Part shown: in pieces, positions 1 to 8,876 of the stretch | Numbering within the stretch: the first letter of the stretch is position 1 | How the letters are laid out: each line of letters opens with the position of its first letter | Source of the DNA: Armatimonadota bacterium | GTDB taxonomy: Bacteria; Armatimonadota; UBA5829; DTLH01 | Direction of reading: 5' to 3' | Assembly: GCA_039679675.1 (NCBI GenBank) | Contig: JBDKUN010000042.1 | Coordinates: forward strand, 1-64,000 | Length of the DNA stretch: 64,000 nucleotides | The notes under the pieces: model-generated | What the model saw: the letters and a program-made list of their open reading frames with translations, nothing else | Told to the model about the DNA's origin: nothing | Databases searched by the model: none | Position numbers and translations under genes: made by a program

Positions 1-36
1 CAGTTGATGTAACGAGTATTAAGCATTGTTTTAGGC

Positions 37-150
37 AAAACTCCTTCCGGGAGAGTTTCGAGTTTGAGTGTAAAACCAACAGATACAGCAGTATCAATGA
101 CTGGTTAGGTGTCCGTAGGTTTGTTACATCATTACTCGAAACTCTTTAGG
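37..150. repeat. Palindromic MITE/REPIN-like element, copy A (unit 52-145 with 12-bp terminal inverted repeats)
   Basis: AGAGTTTCGAGT (52-63) and ACTCGAAACTCT (134-145) are a perfect inverted repeat. The unit aligns by eye at about 70% with the reverse complement of 2979-3073. Confidence 0.7.
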
Positions 151-186
151 TAGTTCGGGTGCAGATCACACCTGAACTAGCTGAAC

Positions 187-777
187 TCAATAACCACCTT
201 GTCTTCCCTCTATGCAGCACATCAATACGGTTGCAGCAATCCCCAGCCTTCTATCAAGAGTCTGCATAATATCAGGAGTAAAATCCACATCCATCTTCGT
301 AATAATCGGATTGAAGTGCTGTTCTAGTGTGAATACATGCCGGTCACCGATCTCGCCGTGGAACTTTTGCGGTATCAGCCGTGTTACAAAACGCCTCAGC
401 AATGCTAGAAGCAGGCTGTCTTCGGTAATCAGCCCTATCTCACGGTCATACTGGTCCATGATGACCCATTCGTCTTTTATCATCGACTTGAAGCCGCGCC
501 TCTTAAGCGCACCTACTTTTTCGTTCTTCGCAGGATCCCAAACATCGTATACGCTGGAAATATCGATGATACTCCGGGCTTTAATTGCCAGAACTTCATG
601 AAGTTTCTGCTCATCCGTGTACACCCTGATATCTTCTTTCAGCTTAAAAGCCTTCATGCTGACGAATAAAGCCAATGACTGATTTGACGGCGCATAAAAC
701 CGAAGTGTTGCTCCAAAGAGCTTCATAAACTGTTTGCATACAAGGTATTTGTTGTAACTGAATGGATTCTCTATCAC
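187..777 (-). CDS. LURP-one/scramblase-like (tubby C-terminal-like fold) hypothetical protein
   Basis: 196-aa ORF with GGAG RBS. Motifs KAFKLKEDI, IKARSIID, VGALKRRG, LDRRLGIA and C-terminal IEGRQ are typical of LURP-one-related proteins. Confidence 0.65.
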   Translation of the reverse strand: MIENPFSYNKYLVCKQFMKLFGATLRFYAPSNQSLALFVSMKAFKLKEDIRVYTDEQKLHEVLAIKARSIIDISSVYDVWDPAKNEKVGALKRRGFKSMIKDEWVIMDQYDREIGLITEDSLLLALLRRFVTRLIPQKFHGEIGDRHVFTLEQHFNPIITKMDVDFTPDIMQTLDRRLGIAATVLMCCIEGRQGGY

Positions 778-1018
778 TATGATCTCCTCTTTATGAAATC
801 AGTTGCGGGCAAATTGCCCTTGCATCCACGAAACCGGCTCAACCTATCTGCTTTTCGTATAGCAATCCTGCTGACACCTTCTTCCTAGCAAACAGTTCTA
901 CATATATTACAATTAATCCTCTTCATAATGTTAGCAATATATATTATTGACGTTACGCTTATAGCGTCATATAGCATTCAAATAAATACCTGTTTTTCAA
1001 TATATGGTGTCGATGCGA

Positions 1019-1047
1019 TTGACATCTGGAAGATTGTCAGCTATACT
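1019..1047 (+). promoter_or_regulatory. sigma70-type promoter of PEP-CTERM gene 1
   Basis: TTGACA-N17-TATACT; conserved in the paralog's upstream region. Confidence 0.75.
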
Positions 1048-1112
1048 CCATTTAAGTAGCAGTCGGAGTAACAGGCTGCCTGGCCTAAAAACACTTGGGA
1101 AAGGAGGGAAAG

Positions 1113-1832
1113 ATGGAAGCTAAAAAGTTTATGCCTGCGATCATTGCGGTCATTGCCGTGCTTGTTCTTTCTACTTCGTCATTAGCCGGAACTATATCAC
1201 AGACCAAGACATTCACAGGCACTCCAAGCTTGAACAGAGTGCTTACCTTTGATAAGTTCAATGACCAAGCCGGATCAGGTACGTTGACCTCAATCCAAGT
1301 CATACTTACGCTGGATGTCAATGGCGGCAAGCTTGTTCTTGATAATGATGGAGAACTCGTAGCGACTGGCACCTTCGGTCTCGGCGGCAAGTGCGACATT
1401 TCCTCAAGCCAGGTTTCACTGCTGACCGATTCCAACCAGCCCCTATTCGGCATGGCTGAAGCTGGTCACTCGGGATCCTTTTCGCTTGCAGCAAACGAAG
1501 GCGATTCCAGGACAGATCTCAGTCCAGATGGATTGGATGCCTATGTTTATGAAGGCGCACTAAATTCTGACATAAAATCTGGTTATATCGGTAATTCGCA
1601 CTGGACCGATTTCATTGGAGCAAATACCTACGATATAAATCTTAGGGCTATACAGTGGTCGGAGGTCAGTACAGTTAACGGCGTTTCATATATGGTACTT
1701 CCTGTTGAAACATCGGGCAATGTTACCGTCATATATAAAACGACCGATGTCCCCGAGCCATCATCAATCGCAGGGCTTTTAACAGCTCTCGCTGGTATGG
1801 GATTCGCAGGACTTCGCCGAAGAATCAAATAG
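1113..1832 (+). CDS. PEP-CTERM sorting-domain protein (choice-of-anchor E-like), paralog 1
   Basis: AAGGAGG RBS before ATG 1113, N-terminal signal peptide, C-terminal VPEPSS + TM helix + RRRIK. Confidence 0.9.
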   Translation: MEAKKFMPAIIAVIAVLVLSTSSLAGTISQTKTFTGTPSLNRVLTFDKFNDQAGSGTLTSIQVILTLDVNGGKLVLDNDGELVATGTFGLGGKCDISSSQVSLLTDSNQPLFGMAEAGHSGSFSLAANEGDSRTDLSPDGLDAYVYEGALNSDIKSGYIGNSHWTDFIGANTYDINLRAIQWSEVSTVNGVSYMVLPVETSGNVTVIYKTTDVPEPSSIAGLLTALAGMGFAGLRRRIK

Positions 1833-1843
1833 GCAAAAATATC

Positions 1844-1880
1844 AAACAGCCGGTCGATTAATAGTCTCCGGCTGTTTTTT
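1844..1880 (+). terminator. Rho-independent terminator
   Basis: AAACAGCCGG...CCGGCTGTTT hairpin followed by a T-run directly after the stop. Confidence 0.85.
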
Positions 1881-2037
1881 ATTTCTCTTCAACCTACCCC
1901 TGCATATCCCAAATGTTCTTTTACCACAAATAATCCTCTTCGTAGCAGATACAGACCATACTGCTGCTCATCCATAAACATCCATCGTTCCCCACCAGCA
2001 AATTTACCTGTTTTTCAAAATACTGTCTGTCAACTGA

Positions 2038-2067
2038 TTGACGCACAGTATGTACTTTCGCTATACT
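2038..2067 (+). promoter_or_regulatory. sigma70-type promoter of PEP-CTERM gene 2
   Basis: TTGACG-N18-TATACT; homologous to 1019-1047. Confidence 0.65.
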
Positions 2068-2145
2068 TCATCTGTAGTAGTCGAAGTAACATCAATATGA
2101 TTCCTCGACTCACTGGCCTCGAATTACTCAGGAAAGGAGGGGAAC

Positions 2146-2868
2146 ATGAAAACGAAAAAGTTTATACCCGTAGTTGCGGCCATTATCGCCGTGCTTGTTC
2201 TTTCTACCGTGTCTATGGCCGGAACTATAGTGCAGACACAAGCATTTTCAGGTACACCGAACTTCGCCAAAGAGCTTAGCTTTAATCAGTTTAACGATCC
2301 GAGCGGATCGCTTACGTTGACCTCGATTCAGGTTATACTCACACTGGATATTGATGGTGGACAGATTGTTCTGGACAATGACAGCGAGGTGCCGGCAACC
2401 GGCACATTCGAGTTCGGAAGCAGCTGTGGTATTACATCCGGCGATGTCTCACTGCTGACCAGCACCAGCCAGCCGATATTCGGCCAGGCAAGCGCAGCCA
2501 ATTCTGCAAATATTTCGCTTGCAGCAAACGATGGCGACAGCACAGATACATATAACAATGATTCAGGACCGGATAACTATACCATCAATGGTGCTAAAGC
2601 AACCGACACCAAGTACGGATATATCGGCAGTTCATACTGGACTGGGTTTATAGGTTCCGGAACCTATAATATTTCAGTAAACGCTGACCAGTGGTCAAAT
2701 GCCAGTACATTCAGCGGAATGTCCTACTCTGTAAGCCCTGTTGCAGCATCAGGCAACGTGACTGTCGTTTATAAAACGACCAATGTCCCCGAGCCATCAT
2801 CAATCGCAGGACTTCTGACAGTTCTCGCTGGTATGGGATTCGCCGGACTTCGCCGAAGAATCAAATAG
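2146..2868 (+). CDS. PEP-CTERM sorting-domain protein (choice-of-anchor E-like), paralog 2
   Basis: 240-aa tandem paralog of 1113-1832 with signal peptide and VPEPSS-TM-RRRIK C-terminus. Confidence 0.9.
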   Translation: MKTKKFIPVVAAIIAVLVLSTVSMAGTIVQTQAFSGTPNFAKELSFNQFNDPSGSLTLTSIQVILTLDIDGGQIVLDNDSEVPATGTFEFGSSCGITSGDVSLLTSTSQPIFGQASAANSANISLAANDGDSTDTYNNDSGPDNYTINGAKATDTKYGYIGSSYWTGFIGSGTYNISVNADQWSNASTFSGMSYSVSPVAASGNVTVVYKTTNVPEPSSIAGLLTVLAGMGFAGLRRRIK

Positions 2869-2884
2869 AACAGTAAAAAGCACT

Positions 2885-2921
2885 AAACAGCCGGATGATA
2901 CCTTTATCACCGGCTGTTTTT
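2885..2921 (+). terminator. Rho-independent terminator
   Basis: AAACAGCCGG...CCGGCTGTTT hairpin plus T-run; same stem as 1844-1880. Confidence 0.85.
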
Positions 2922-2973
2922 GTTTATTCTGTACAAACAGGGGTAAAAACCAGCTTGTTTCTGTGAGTCTGCT

Positions 2974-3140
2974 CCTATAGAGTTTCAGAAGATAAAGTAA
3001 CAGCCTTACAGTTATATAAACAGTTCTCTGATATAGCTTTATCTGTTGATTTCACACTTATACCTGAAACTCTTCCCGGAAGAGTTTCGGCAACAGATAA
3101 TATATGACTGGCCTTTGATTAATCAGCCGAAAATCTATAA
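2974..3140. repeat. Composite palindromic MITE/REPIN-like element, copy B (units 2979-3073 and 3081-3136)
   Basis: Unit ends AGAGTTTCAG/CTGAAACTCT and AGAGTTTCGGC/GCCGAAAATCT, separated by TCCCGGA. Homologous to 37-150. Confidence 0.7.
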
Positions 3141-3186
3141 TTGGGTTATTGGAGAGGGCTAAAATGATTGAGGAAGCAATAAAACC

Positions 3187-3225
3187 TGAAAAGGCGCCCT
3201 GAAACTCAATCAGGACGCCTTTTCA
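3187..3225 (-). terminator. Probable terminator of the ECF sigma/anti-sigma unit
   Basis: TGAAAAGGCG...CGCCTTTTCA hairpin just downstream of the anti-sigma stop. Confidence 0.65.
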
Positions 3226-3243
3226 ATAACAGCCACTACGTTG

Positions 3244-4275
3244 TTATTGCATTTTTCGCTCCACTATGTAAACTTGTGATCCAATGGGTCTCCAGCGTAA
3301 GTTTGCGCCAGTGCATATCTTGTAAAGCACATCATCCGCAGTGACATTGGTTTCATTGATGCGGGTTACTTTAGCACCACTCAAATCAGCGTTTGCGAGT
3401 ATCACCACGCCATACGTAGCACTGGTTTCCTGAAGTGCCGCATATAACTCGGTATTTTTGATGTTCACATCCGATGTCACTGCGTTCTCCATGGAGTTCA
3501 GATGAACCGGCATAAACACTGCTTCCGCAAACTTCTGGCTATGATTCTCCCACTCGATAAGAGCTGTCATAACTTCCTGGGCGCTGCTTCTTCCGAGTAC
3601 AAACGGGATAACCTGTCCCTTTTCACCGATAGTACCCGTAAATATCAGGCCAGCATTCTTGATGCTTTCTCTATCGAATCGCGTACAATCGGAAGGCATC
3701 AGGTAGACCCTTAAGTCTTTACTGGTAACAGAATCGGGCTTAATTACCAGCCGGAATATATTAGACCCGGAAGGCTCCATCTCAAAGCTGAGCCCGCTCT
3801 GCAGCCATGCTTCAGCACTCGAATCGGACTTCCAGTTCTCCGGAGTCGATGCAGGTGTGCTATTAACTACTCTCGCCGCCATCGGGTTCGGCACCAGCCA
3901 AGCCGCAATAGTCGTCCTTGCAGGTGTGTGCAGCACTACCTGGCCTAAAATGAATAACGTAGCTGCGCCGGCAAAGACTCTGGCCGGTATCTTCGACTGG
4001 AACACATCTCTCCAGATCGTCTGCCACCTGGGCCGGCTGCATCTTTCTGTTTCGCGTTGCATCCTGATCTTCGTCATGACCGCATATGCAAAATCGGACG
4101 GAGGCTCCACCTCAGGCAGAGCCTCCAGCATCCGCCAAGTCAGCCTAAACGATGCGAACTCGCGCGCGCACACTGAGCAACTCTCAAGATGCTGATCGAA
4201 CGCCACTGCCATCGGGTGTTCGAGCGCATCCTCCAGATAATCAGAAAATAGTTCTTGGGCTCTTTCGCACTTCAT
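3244..4275 (-). CDS. Zinc-finger (zf-HC2) transmembrane anti-sigma factor with C-terminal STN/FecR-C-like domain
   Basis: N-terminal C...HLESCSVC (HxxxCxxC ZAS motif), central TM segment, located downstream of an ECF sigma gene. Confidence 0.85.
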   Translation of the reverse strand: MKCERAQELFSDYLEDALEHPMAVAFDQHLESCSVCAREFASFRLTWRMLEALPEVEPPSDFAYAVMTKIRMQRETERCSRPRWQTIWRDVFQSKIPARVFAGAATLFILGQVVLHTPARTTIAAWLVPNPMAARVVNSTPASTPENWKSDSSAEAWLQSGLSFEMEPSGSNIFRLVIKPDSVTSKDLRVYLMPSDCTRFDRESIKNAGLIFTGTIGEKGQVIPFVLGRSSAQEVMTALIEWENHSQKFAEAVFMPVHLNSMENAVTSDVNIKNTELYAALQETSATYGVVILANADLSGAKVTRINETNVTADDVLYKICTGANLRWRPIGSQVYIVERKMQ

Positions 4276-4481
4276 ATAATAACGCTCCGCTTGTCAGTCA
4301 AGCAATCCACCTCTAAATGAATTACTAACATGCTCCACACACGCAAATAACCGATAACACGCCTATTCTGCACGCGTTTCGCATCCATTGTACGTCTGTG
4401 CGACTACACTACCTGCACTACATGCAGGCAGACACAATGCCCTCCTGTTTATTTCTCTTTCCTATACTAAGCTAGACCTGC

Positions 4482-5081
4482 CTAAATGTTAAAAAGTTCC
4501 CGAATTGGCTCCAATTTCTCTTTTAGAGCAATTCTTGCACGATTCAATCTGGATTTTACCGTGCCGATAGGCAGTTTCATTATCTGAGCTATCTCATCAT
4601 ACGACTTATTCTGGGTGTGATAGAGAATAACCATGATCTTCTGGTATTCAGGGAGTTGCTGGATAGCGTTATTCAACAGGTCGTTCCGTTCCCCTGCCTC
4701 GACCACACGGTCCGGTGTCGGGTTACCGTCTTCGATCTGCCTTGTGACGGTGTTTTCTTCGAGTTCTATGTAATCTTCAAGCGATGTATGCATGTGGGAT
4801 TTCTGTTTCTTGCGCTCGTCCAGATAGACATTCGTTACGATGCGATAGAGCCAAGTGGTAAAATTCGCATCGCCTCTGAAAGTATTGATGGCGTTGAATA
4901 CACGAATGAATGCTTCCTGGGAAACATCGTTTGCATCATCGTAGTTACCGGACATGCGGTAGGCGAAGTTAAACACACGCTTCTCATAGCGTCCCACAAG
5001 TTCATTGAACGCCCTGATATCGCCTTGTTTGCAGCGTTGGATCAGAGCATTATCAAGACTCTTATCATTGATATCGCTCAT
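4482..5081 (-). CDS. ECF RNA polymerase sigma factor (SigW/RpoE-like)
   Basis: Region 2 DANDVSQEAF...FTTWLYRI and region 4 SYDEIAQIMKLPIGTVKSRLNRAR. Confidence 0.95.
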   Translation of the reverse strand: MSDINDKSLDNALIQRCKQGDIRAFNELVGRYEKRVFNFAYRMSGNYDDANDVSQEAFIRVFNAINTFRGDANFTTWLYRIVTNVYLDERKKQKSHMHTSLEDYIELEENTVTRQIEDGNPTPDRVVEAGERNDLLNNAIQQLPEYQKIMVILYHTQNKSYDEIAQIMKLPIGTVKSRLNRARIALKEKLEPIRELFNI

Positions 5082-5117
5082 TACGCACCCGATACCTCGG
5101 ACGGTCGAAGTTGCCGG

Positions 5118-5624
5118 CTATCCTTGCGAGCTTTTTGCCTGACGAACAGCATCAATCTCTTCGTCGGACAACGTGTGGCTGGAACGGCCTCCTATAATCT
5201 CCTTGGCATAGATACGAGAATCAGTACGGCCATAGAGACTGCTTATCACCACACCATTTTTATTCTGGTCCAGAAGTGCCAGGGCGAAGCTTTGCCCTCC
5301 GCCGACATCTGGAAAAGCGTCAAACCTTACAAGGCCGACATTCTGCAGGCTTCCATCCAGTTGCACAATCATAGACGCCTGGCGTGACTGAAGCTGTGCG
5401 ATCTCTCCTTCTGCCCCGATAAGCCGCTTTGCTAGTTCTTCCATATTATCGACCGGCAAGCCAGTGGCTGCGGCTGATGAGTCACCGCTTTTGAAGAGTC
5501 TACCCAGTTTGATAGAAACGTATAAGCTAAAGATAAGAAGGCATAGCACAAGTGCCGACAGCACCAGAATAATAAGTGTTCCGTGCTCTTGCACAAGCTC
5601 AAATAATGTGTCAATCCAATTCAT
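5118..5624 (-). CDS. DUF4446 family membrane protein
   Basis: N-terminal TM and coiled coil, then VGLVRFDAF-GGGQSFALALLD-NGVVISSLYGR-YAK-LSDEE. Start placed at ATG 5624. Confidence 0.85.
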   Translation of the reverse strand: MNWIDTLFELVQEHGTLIILVLSALVLCLLIFSLYVSIKLGRLFKSGDSSAAATGLPVDNMEELAKRLIGAEGEIAQLQSRQASMIVQLDGSLQNVGLVRFDAFPDVGGGQSFALALLDQNKNGVVISSLYGRTDSRIYAKEIIGGRSSHTLSDEEIDAVRQAKSSQG

Positions 5625-5711
5625 GCAGCCCTGTTCCTCCGTCCCATCCAGCAATATTATAGCATAGCTGTGCTTGATTCGAAAGGGAGCAATCTTACTC
5701 GCCACAAATGA

Positions 5712-5740
5712 TTGACTTTTAGTAAGCACACCCTTACAAT
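5712..5740 (+). promoter_or_regulatory. sigma70 promoter of tRNA-Sec
   Basis: TTGACT-N17-TACAAT, 14 nt upstream of the tRNA. Confidence 0.75.
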
Positions 5741-5754
5741 GAATCTTGCTTCAT

Positions 5755-5851
5755 GGGGCCGGATCGGGCCTGGTGGCTTGCCTGGTCTTCAAAACCTGTG
5801 TGAGGGCTGACGAGGCTCTCGGGTGGGTTCGATTCCCACACGGTCCCGCCA
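5755..5851 (+). tRNA. selC: tRNA-Sec (anticodon UCA)
   Basis: 97 nt. Acceptor arms GGGGCCGG/ACGGTCCC, D-stem with 4-nt TGGT loop, anticodon loop CTTCAAA, long variable arm, T-arm GTGGG-TTCGATT-CCCAC, G73 and encoded CCA. Confidence 0.95.
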
Positions 5852-5854
5852 ATT

Positions 5855-6238
5855 CTACTGTTCCGGCGCTGGATGTTCTGGCGGAGGAAAGCCAGCGTAA
5901 AGAGGATACTCCCGCTTGCCCTTCTCCGAAAACATCACCCACAGCCCGTAAATACCAAGAGCTGTACCTATGGGAATGCTCAAAATCGCGATTATGGATG
6001 CCGCAATCGATACCGGCCTTGCCCAAAATCTCCTCATAAGTAGCGCCCAGCCTGTAAAACAGAAAATCACTGCGAATACAACTGCCAATATGATCGAGAC
6101 AGTCGCCTCTCCGGGAGGAATAGCCGTGCGTTTTCCTCCGAATGCAGGAAAAATGACAGCCAGCATTATGTTGGCAAAAACCCAGATCCCGTAAATGATG
6201 AACAGATAGCCGAGTAACCGAAAATGTTTTTCCATCAT
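5855..6238 (-). CDS. Hypothetical membrane protein (about 3 TM helices)
   Basis: 127-aa hydrophobic ORF with GGAGG RBS and a PIGTALGIYGLWV motif. Confidence 0.75.
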   Translation of the reverse strand: MMEKHFRLLGYLFIIYGIWVFANIMLAVIFPAFGGKRTAIPPGEATVSIILAVVFAVIFCFTGWALLMRRFWARPVSIAASIIAILSIPIGTALGIYGLWVMFSEKGKREYPLYAGFPPPEHPAPEQ

Positions 6239-6314
6239 GCCCTCCGTTTTTCCACAGCGTTTTTACTTACCCTGTTAGATTCATCCCTATTCCATATTAA
6301 AACAGGCCGCTTTC

Positions 6315-6343
6315 TTGACTCAGTCCCAAACTCGTGGTACCAT
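6315..6343 (+). promoter_or_regulatory. sigma70 promoter of topA
   Basis: TTGACT-N17-TACCAT with extended -10 TGn. Confidence 0.6.
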
Positions 6344-6445
6344 ACTACGCCAGTGAGAAATCGATGGTAATTTATGGCAACTCTGGGCCGCATTTAGCCT
6401 TCCGGGGTTGTCTTTCTTGTGATACAGGAGATACAGAGGATTCAG

Positions 6446-8716
6446 ATGGGGAAGTCACTCATCATAGTAGAGTCGCCGGCTAAAACGCGCACGCTCCAGG
6501 GTTTCCTTGGACCTAATTTCAGGATCGAGGCATCGATGGGACATGTGCGGGACCTGCCCAAAAAAGACTTCGGCGTGGACGTGGACAACGATTTCGCGCC
6601 TAAATATGACATCATACCGGAGCGTAAGGATGTGCTCAAGCGCCTGAAAGATGCAGTTAAGGATGCTGATGTAGTATACCTGGCCTCAGACCCTGATAGA
6701 GAGGGAGAGGCAATTTCATGGCATCTTCAGCAAGCGCTCAAACTCGAATCAGCCAAGCGTATAGAATTCAACGAGATAACCAAACAAGCGGTCACTCACG
6801 CACTTGAGTCGCCGCGGCAGATAGATATTGACCGCGTAAACGCGCAGCAGGCAAGGAGGCTCCTTGACCGTATCGTAGGTTACAAACTCAGCCCGCTCCT
6901 CTGGCAGAAGGTCAAACGCAACCTTTCAGCAGGACGCGTGCAGTCTGTCGCTGTAAGGCTCATCTGCGACCGCGAGCGTGAGATTCTGGCATTCGTCCCG
7001 GTCGAGTACTGGTCACTTACGGCCAAACTCACCCCCGAAGGAAAAATACAGCCATTCGAGGCAAAACTAGCTCAGATAGACGGCGATAAAGCCGAAATTA
7101 AGAATGAGACAGAAGCGAAGTCCATTCTGGATGAGCTTGAAGGCGCTCTTTATAAAGTTTCCAAGATTACCGAAAAGGAGCAGAAGCGGAACCCGGCGAT
7201 GCCGTTCATTACGAGCACATTGCAGCAGGAAGCCGCGCGCAAACTCGGGTTTTCGGCTAAACGCACGATGATGGCCGCCCAGCAACTCTACGAAGGCATC
7301 GAGCTTGGCGAGTCCGGTCACGTCGGGCTTATCACTTATATGAGAACCGATTCGACCCGCGTGTCGGCAGAAGCGCAGGAAGAAGCTCGTGAGTATATAC
7401 AGCAGACTTTCGGTAAAGATTACATTCCGGCTACGCCGAGGAAATCCAGGGCTAAGAAGGGTGTCCAGGATGCGCATGAAGCGATCAGGCCGACGTCCGT
7501 TCTTCGGCATCCCGATCAGGTGTCGGACCTTCTGAACCGTGACCAGGCCAGGCTTTACAAGTTGATCTGGCAGAGGTTTGTTGCAAGCCAGATGAGTCCA
7601 GCTATCTTCGATGTTGTAACGGTAGATATAGCCGCAAAACGGTTCACATTCAGAGCAACCGGCTCAACCATCAAGTTCCCCGGTTTCAAAGCTGTTTACA
7701 CTGAGGGCAAGGACGACGCACTTGTTGCAGACGAAGAGCGCCCGCCGCTTCCTAGAATGAAAGCCGACGATATGCTCAAACTTCTCGAACTCAGTCCGAA
7801 CCAGCACTTCACTGAGCCGCCTCCCCGCTATACGGAGGCTACGCTCGTTAAGGCGCTTGAAGAAAAGGGTATCGGCAGGCCGAGCACATACGCAGCGATC
7901 ATTTCGACGATTCAGGACCGAGGTTATACCGTGCTTGAGGAGAAGAAATTCAAGCCGACAGACCTGGGGGTTGCCGTCACTGACTACTTAGTCCAACATT
8001 TCCCCAAAATCTTAGACGTAAAATTCACCGCTTCAATCGAGACCGAGCTCGATACTGTCGAAAATGGCGAGATTGACTGGCACAAGCTCCTGCGAGACTT
8101 TTATGGACCGTTCGCAAAAGCGCTTGAAGAAGCGCAGTGGGGTCCTGAAGGCGCAGAGCGCACATGTCCGAACTGCGGAAAGCCGATGGTTATCAAGAGA
8201 GGACGATTCGGTCCGTTCCTTGGGTGCTCAGGGTATCCTGAATGTAAGACTATCGTCAAAGTCGAGCGTGAGAAGATCCCCGCGGTCGAGCCCAAGGAGA
8301 CTGACATCGACTGCCCTAACTGCGGGAAGAAGATGTTGATCCGCACAGGCCGTACCGGCGAGTTTTTGGGATGTTCCGGTTATCCTGAATGCAAGACGAC
8401 TATGCCGATCGATAAAAAAGTCGGGATCAAGTGCCCGATCTGCGGCGAGGGCGATGTCGTCGAGAAAATGTCCAAGAAACGGAAGATTTTCTACGGCTGC
8501 AACAGATACCCTGACTGCAATTTTGTGAGCTGGGGAAAGCCGACAGACCGCAAATGCCCGCAGTGCGGCTCCGTGATCGTGGAGCAACGCTGGAGGGGGC
8601 GTCTGACCGGCTATAAATGTCTCTCCGCCGAATGCAACTACGAAGAAAAAGGCGCAAAGAAGAAAAACGAGGAGTCCGAAGCTGTTGAGCCGGAAGAAAA
8701 CCAGTCTGCTGTATAA
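6446..8716 (+). CDS. topA: DNA topoisomerase I (type IA) with C-terminal zinc ribbons
   Basis: IVESPAK TOPRIM, DPDREGEAI, SAGRVQS, catalytic ITYMRTD and several C4 zinc-ribbon repeats. ATG at 6446. Confidence 0.98.
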   Translation: MGKSLIIVESPAKTRTLQGFLGPNFRIEASMGHVRDLPKKDFGVDVDNDFAPKYDIIPERKDVLKRLKDAVKDADVVYLASDPDREGEAISWHLQQALKLESAKRIEFNEITKQAVTHALESPRQIDIDRVNAQQARRLLDRIVGYKLSPLLWQKVKRNLSAGRVQSVAVRLICDREREILAFVPVEYWSLTAKLTPEGKIQPFEAKLAQIDGDKAEIKNETEAKSILDELEGALYKVSKITEKEQKRNPAMPFITSTLQQEAARKLGFSAKRTMMAAQQLYEGIELGESGHVGLITYMRTDSTRVSAEAQEEAREYIQQTFGKDYIPATPRKSRAKKGVQDAHEAIRPTSVLRHPDQVSDLLNRDQARLYKLIWQRFVASQMSPAIFDVVTVDIAAKRFTFRATGSTIKFPGFKAVYTEGKDDALVADEERPPLPRMKADDMLKLLELSPNQHFTEPPPRYTEATLVKALEEKGIGRPSTYAAIISTIQDRGYTVLEEKKFKPTDLGVAVTDYLVQHFPKILDVKFTASIETELDTVENGEIDWHKLLRDFYGPFAKALEEAQWGPEGAERTCPNCGKPMVIKRGRFGPFLGCSGYPECKTIVKVEREKIPAVEPKETDIDCPNCGKKMLIRTGRTGEFLGCSGYPECKTTMPIDKKVGIKCPICGEGDVVEKMSKKRKIFYGCNRYPDCNFVSWGKPTDRKCPQCGSVIVEQRWRGRLTGYKCLSAECNYEEKGAKKKNEESEAVEPEENQSAV

Positions 8717-8818
8717 TAATTTATTGAATTTTCATACAGCTTTATCTTGCCCTACCCCACTGTATTAAGCCATAGGGCAAATTGCTGGAATCTACCACTG
8801 AGCACTAAAAAGCCCAAA

Positions 8819-8857
8819 AAGTGGTTGGTAGAACTATACAAACACTACCAACCACTT
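8819..8857. terminator. Hairpin between convergent genes (probable bidirectional terminator)
   Basis: AAGTGGTTGGTAG / CTACCAACCACTT perfect inverted repeat. Confidence 0.65.
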
Positions 8858-8876
8858 CGATAAACTTTAGTTACAT

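Noticed and set aside
151..189. Hairpin just after the TGA of the 187-777 gene (SECIS-like)
   Set aside because: The protein already ends at a typical IEGRQ terminus and another TGA follows six codons later; more likely a terminator.
4276..4481. ECF autoregulatory promoter or small ORF in the 205-nt gap between sigma and anti-sigma
   Set aside because: GAAAC...CGT spacing is shorter than the SigW consensus and no credible ORF was seen.
5625..6039. ORFs over the tRNA region and the long N-terminus of DUF4446
   Set aside because: They overlap tRNA-Sec, its promoter or the opposite-strand membrane gene.
5851..6300. Integrative element at tRNA-Sec
   Set aside because: No integrase and no duplicated tRNA 3' end (att site) were found.
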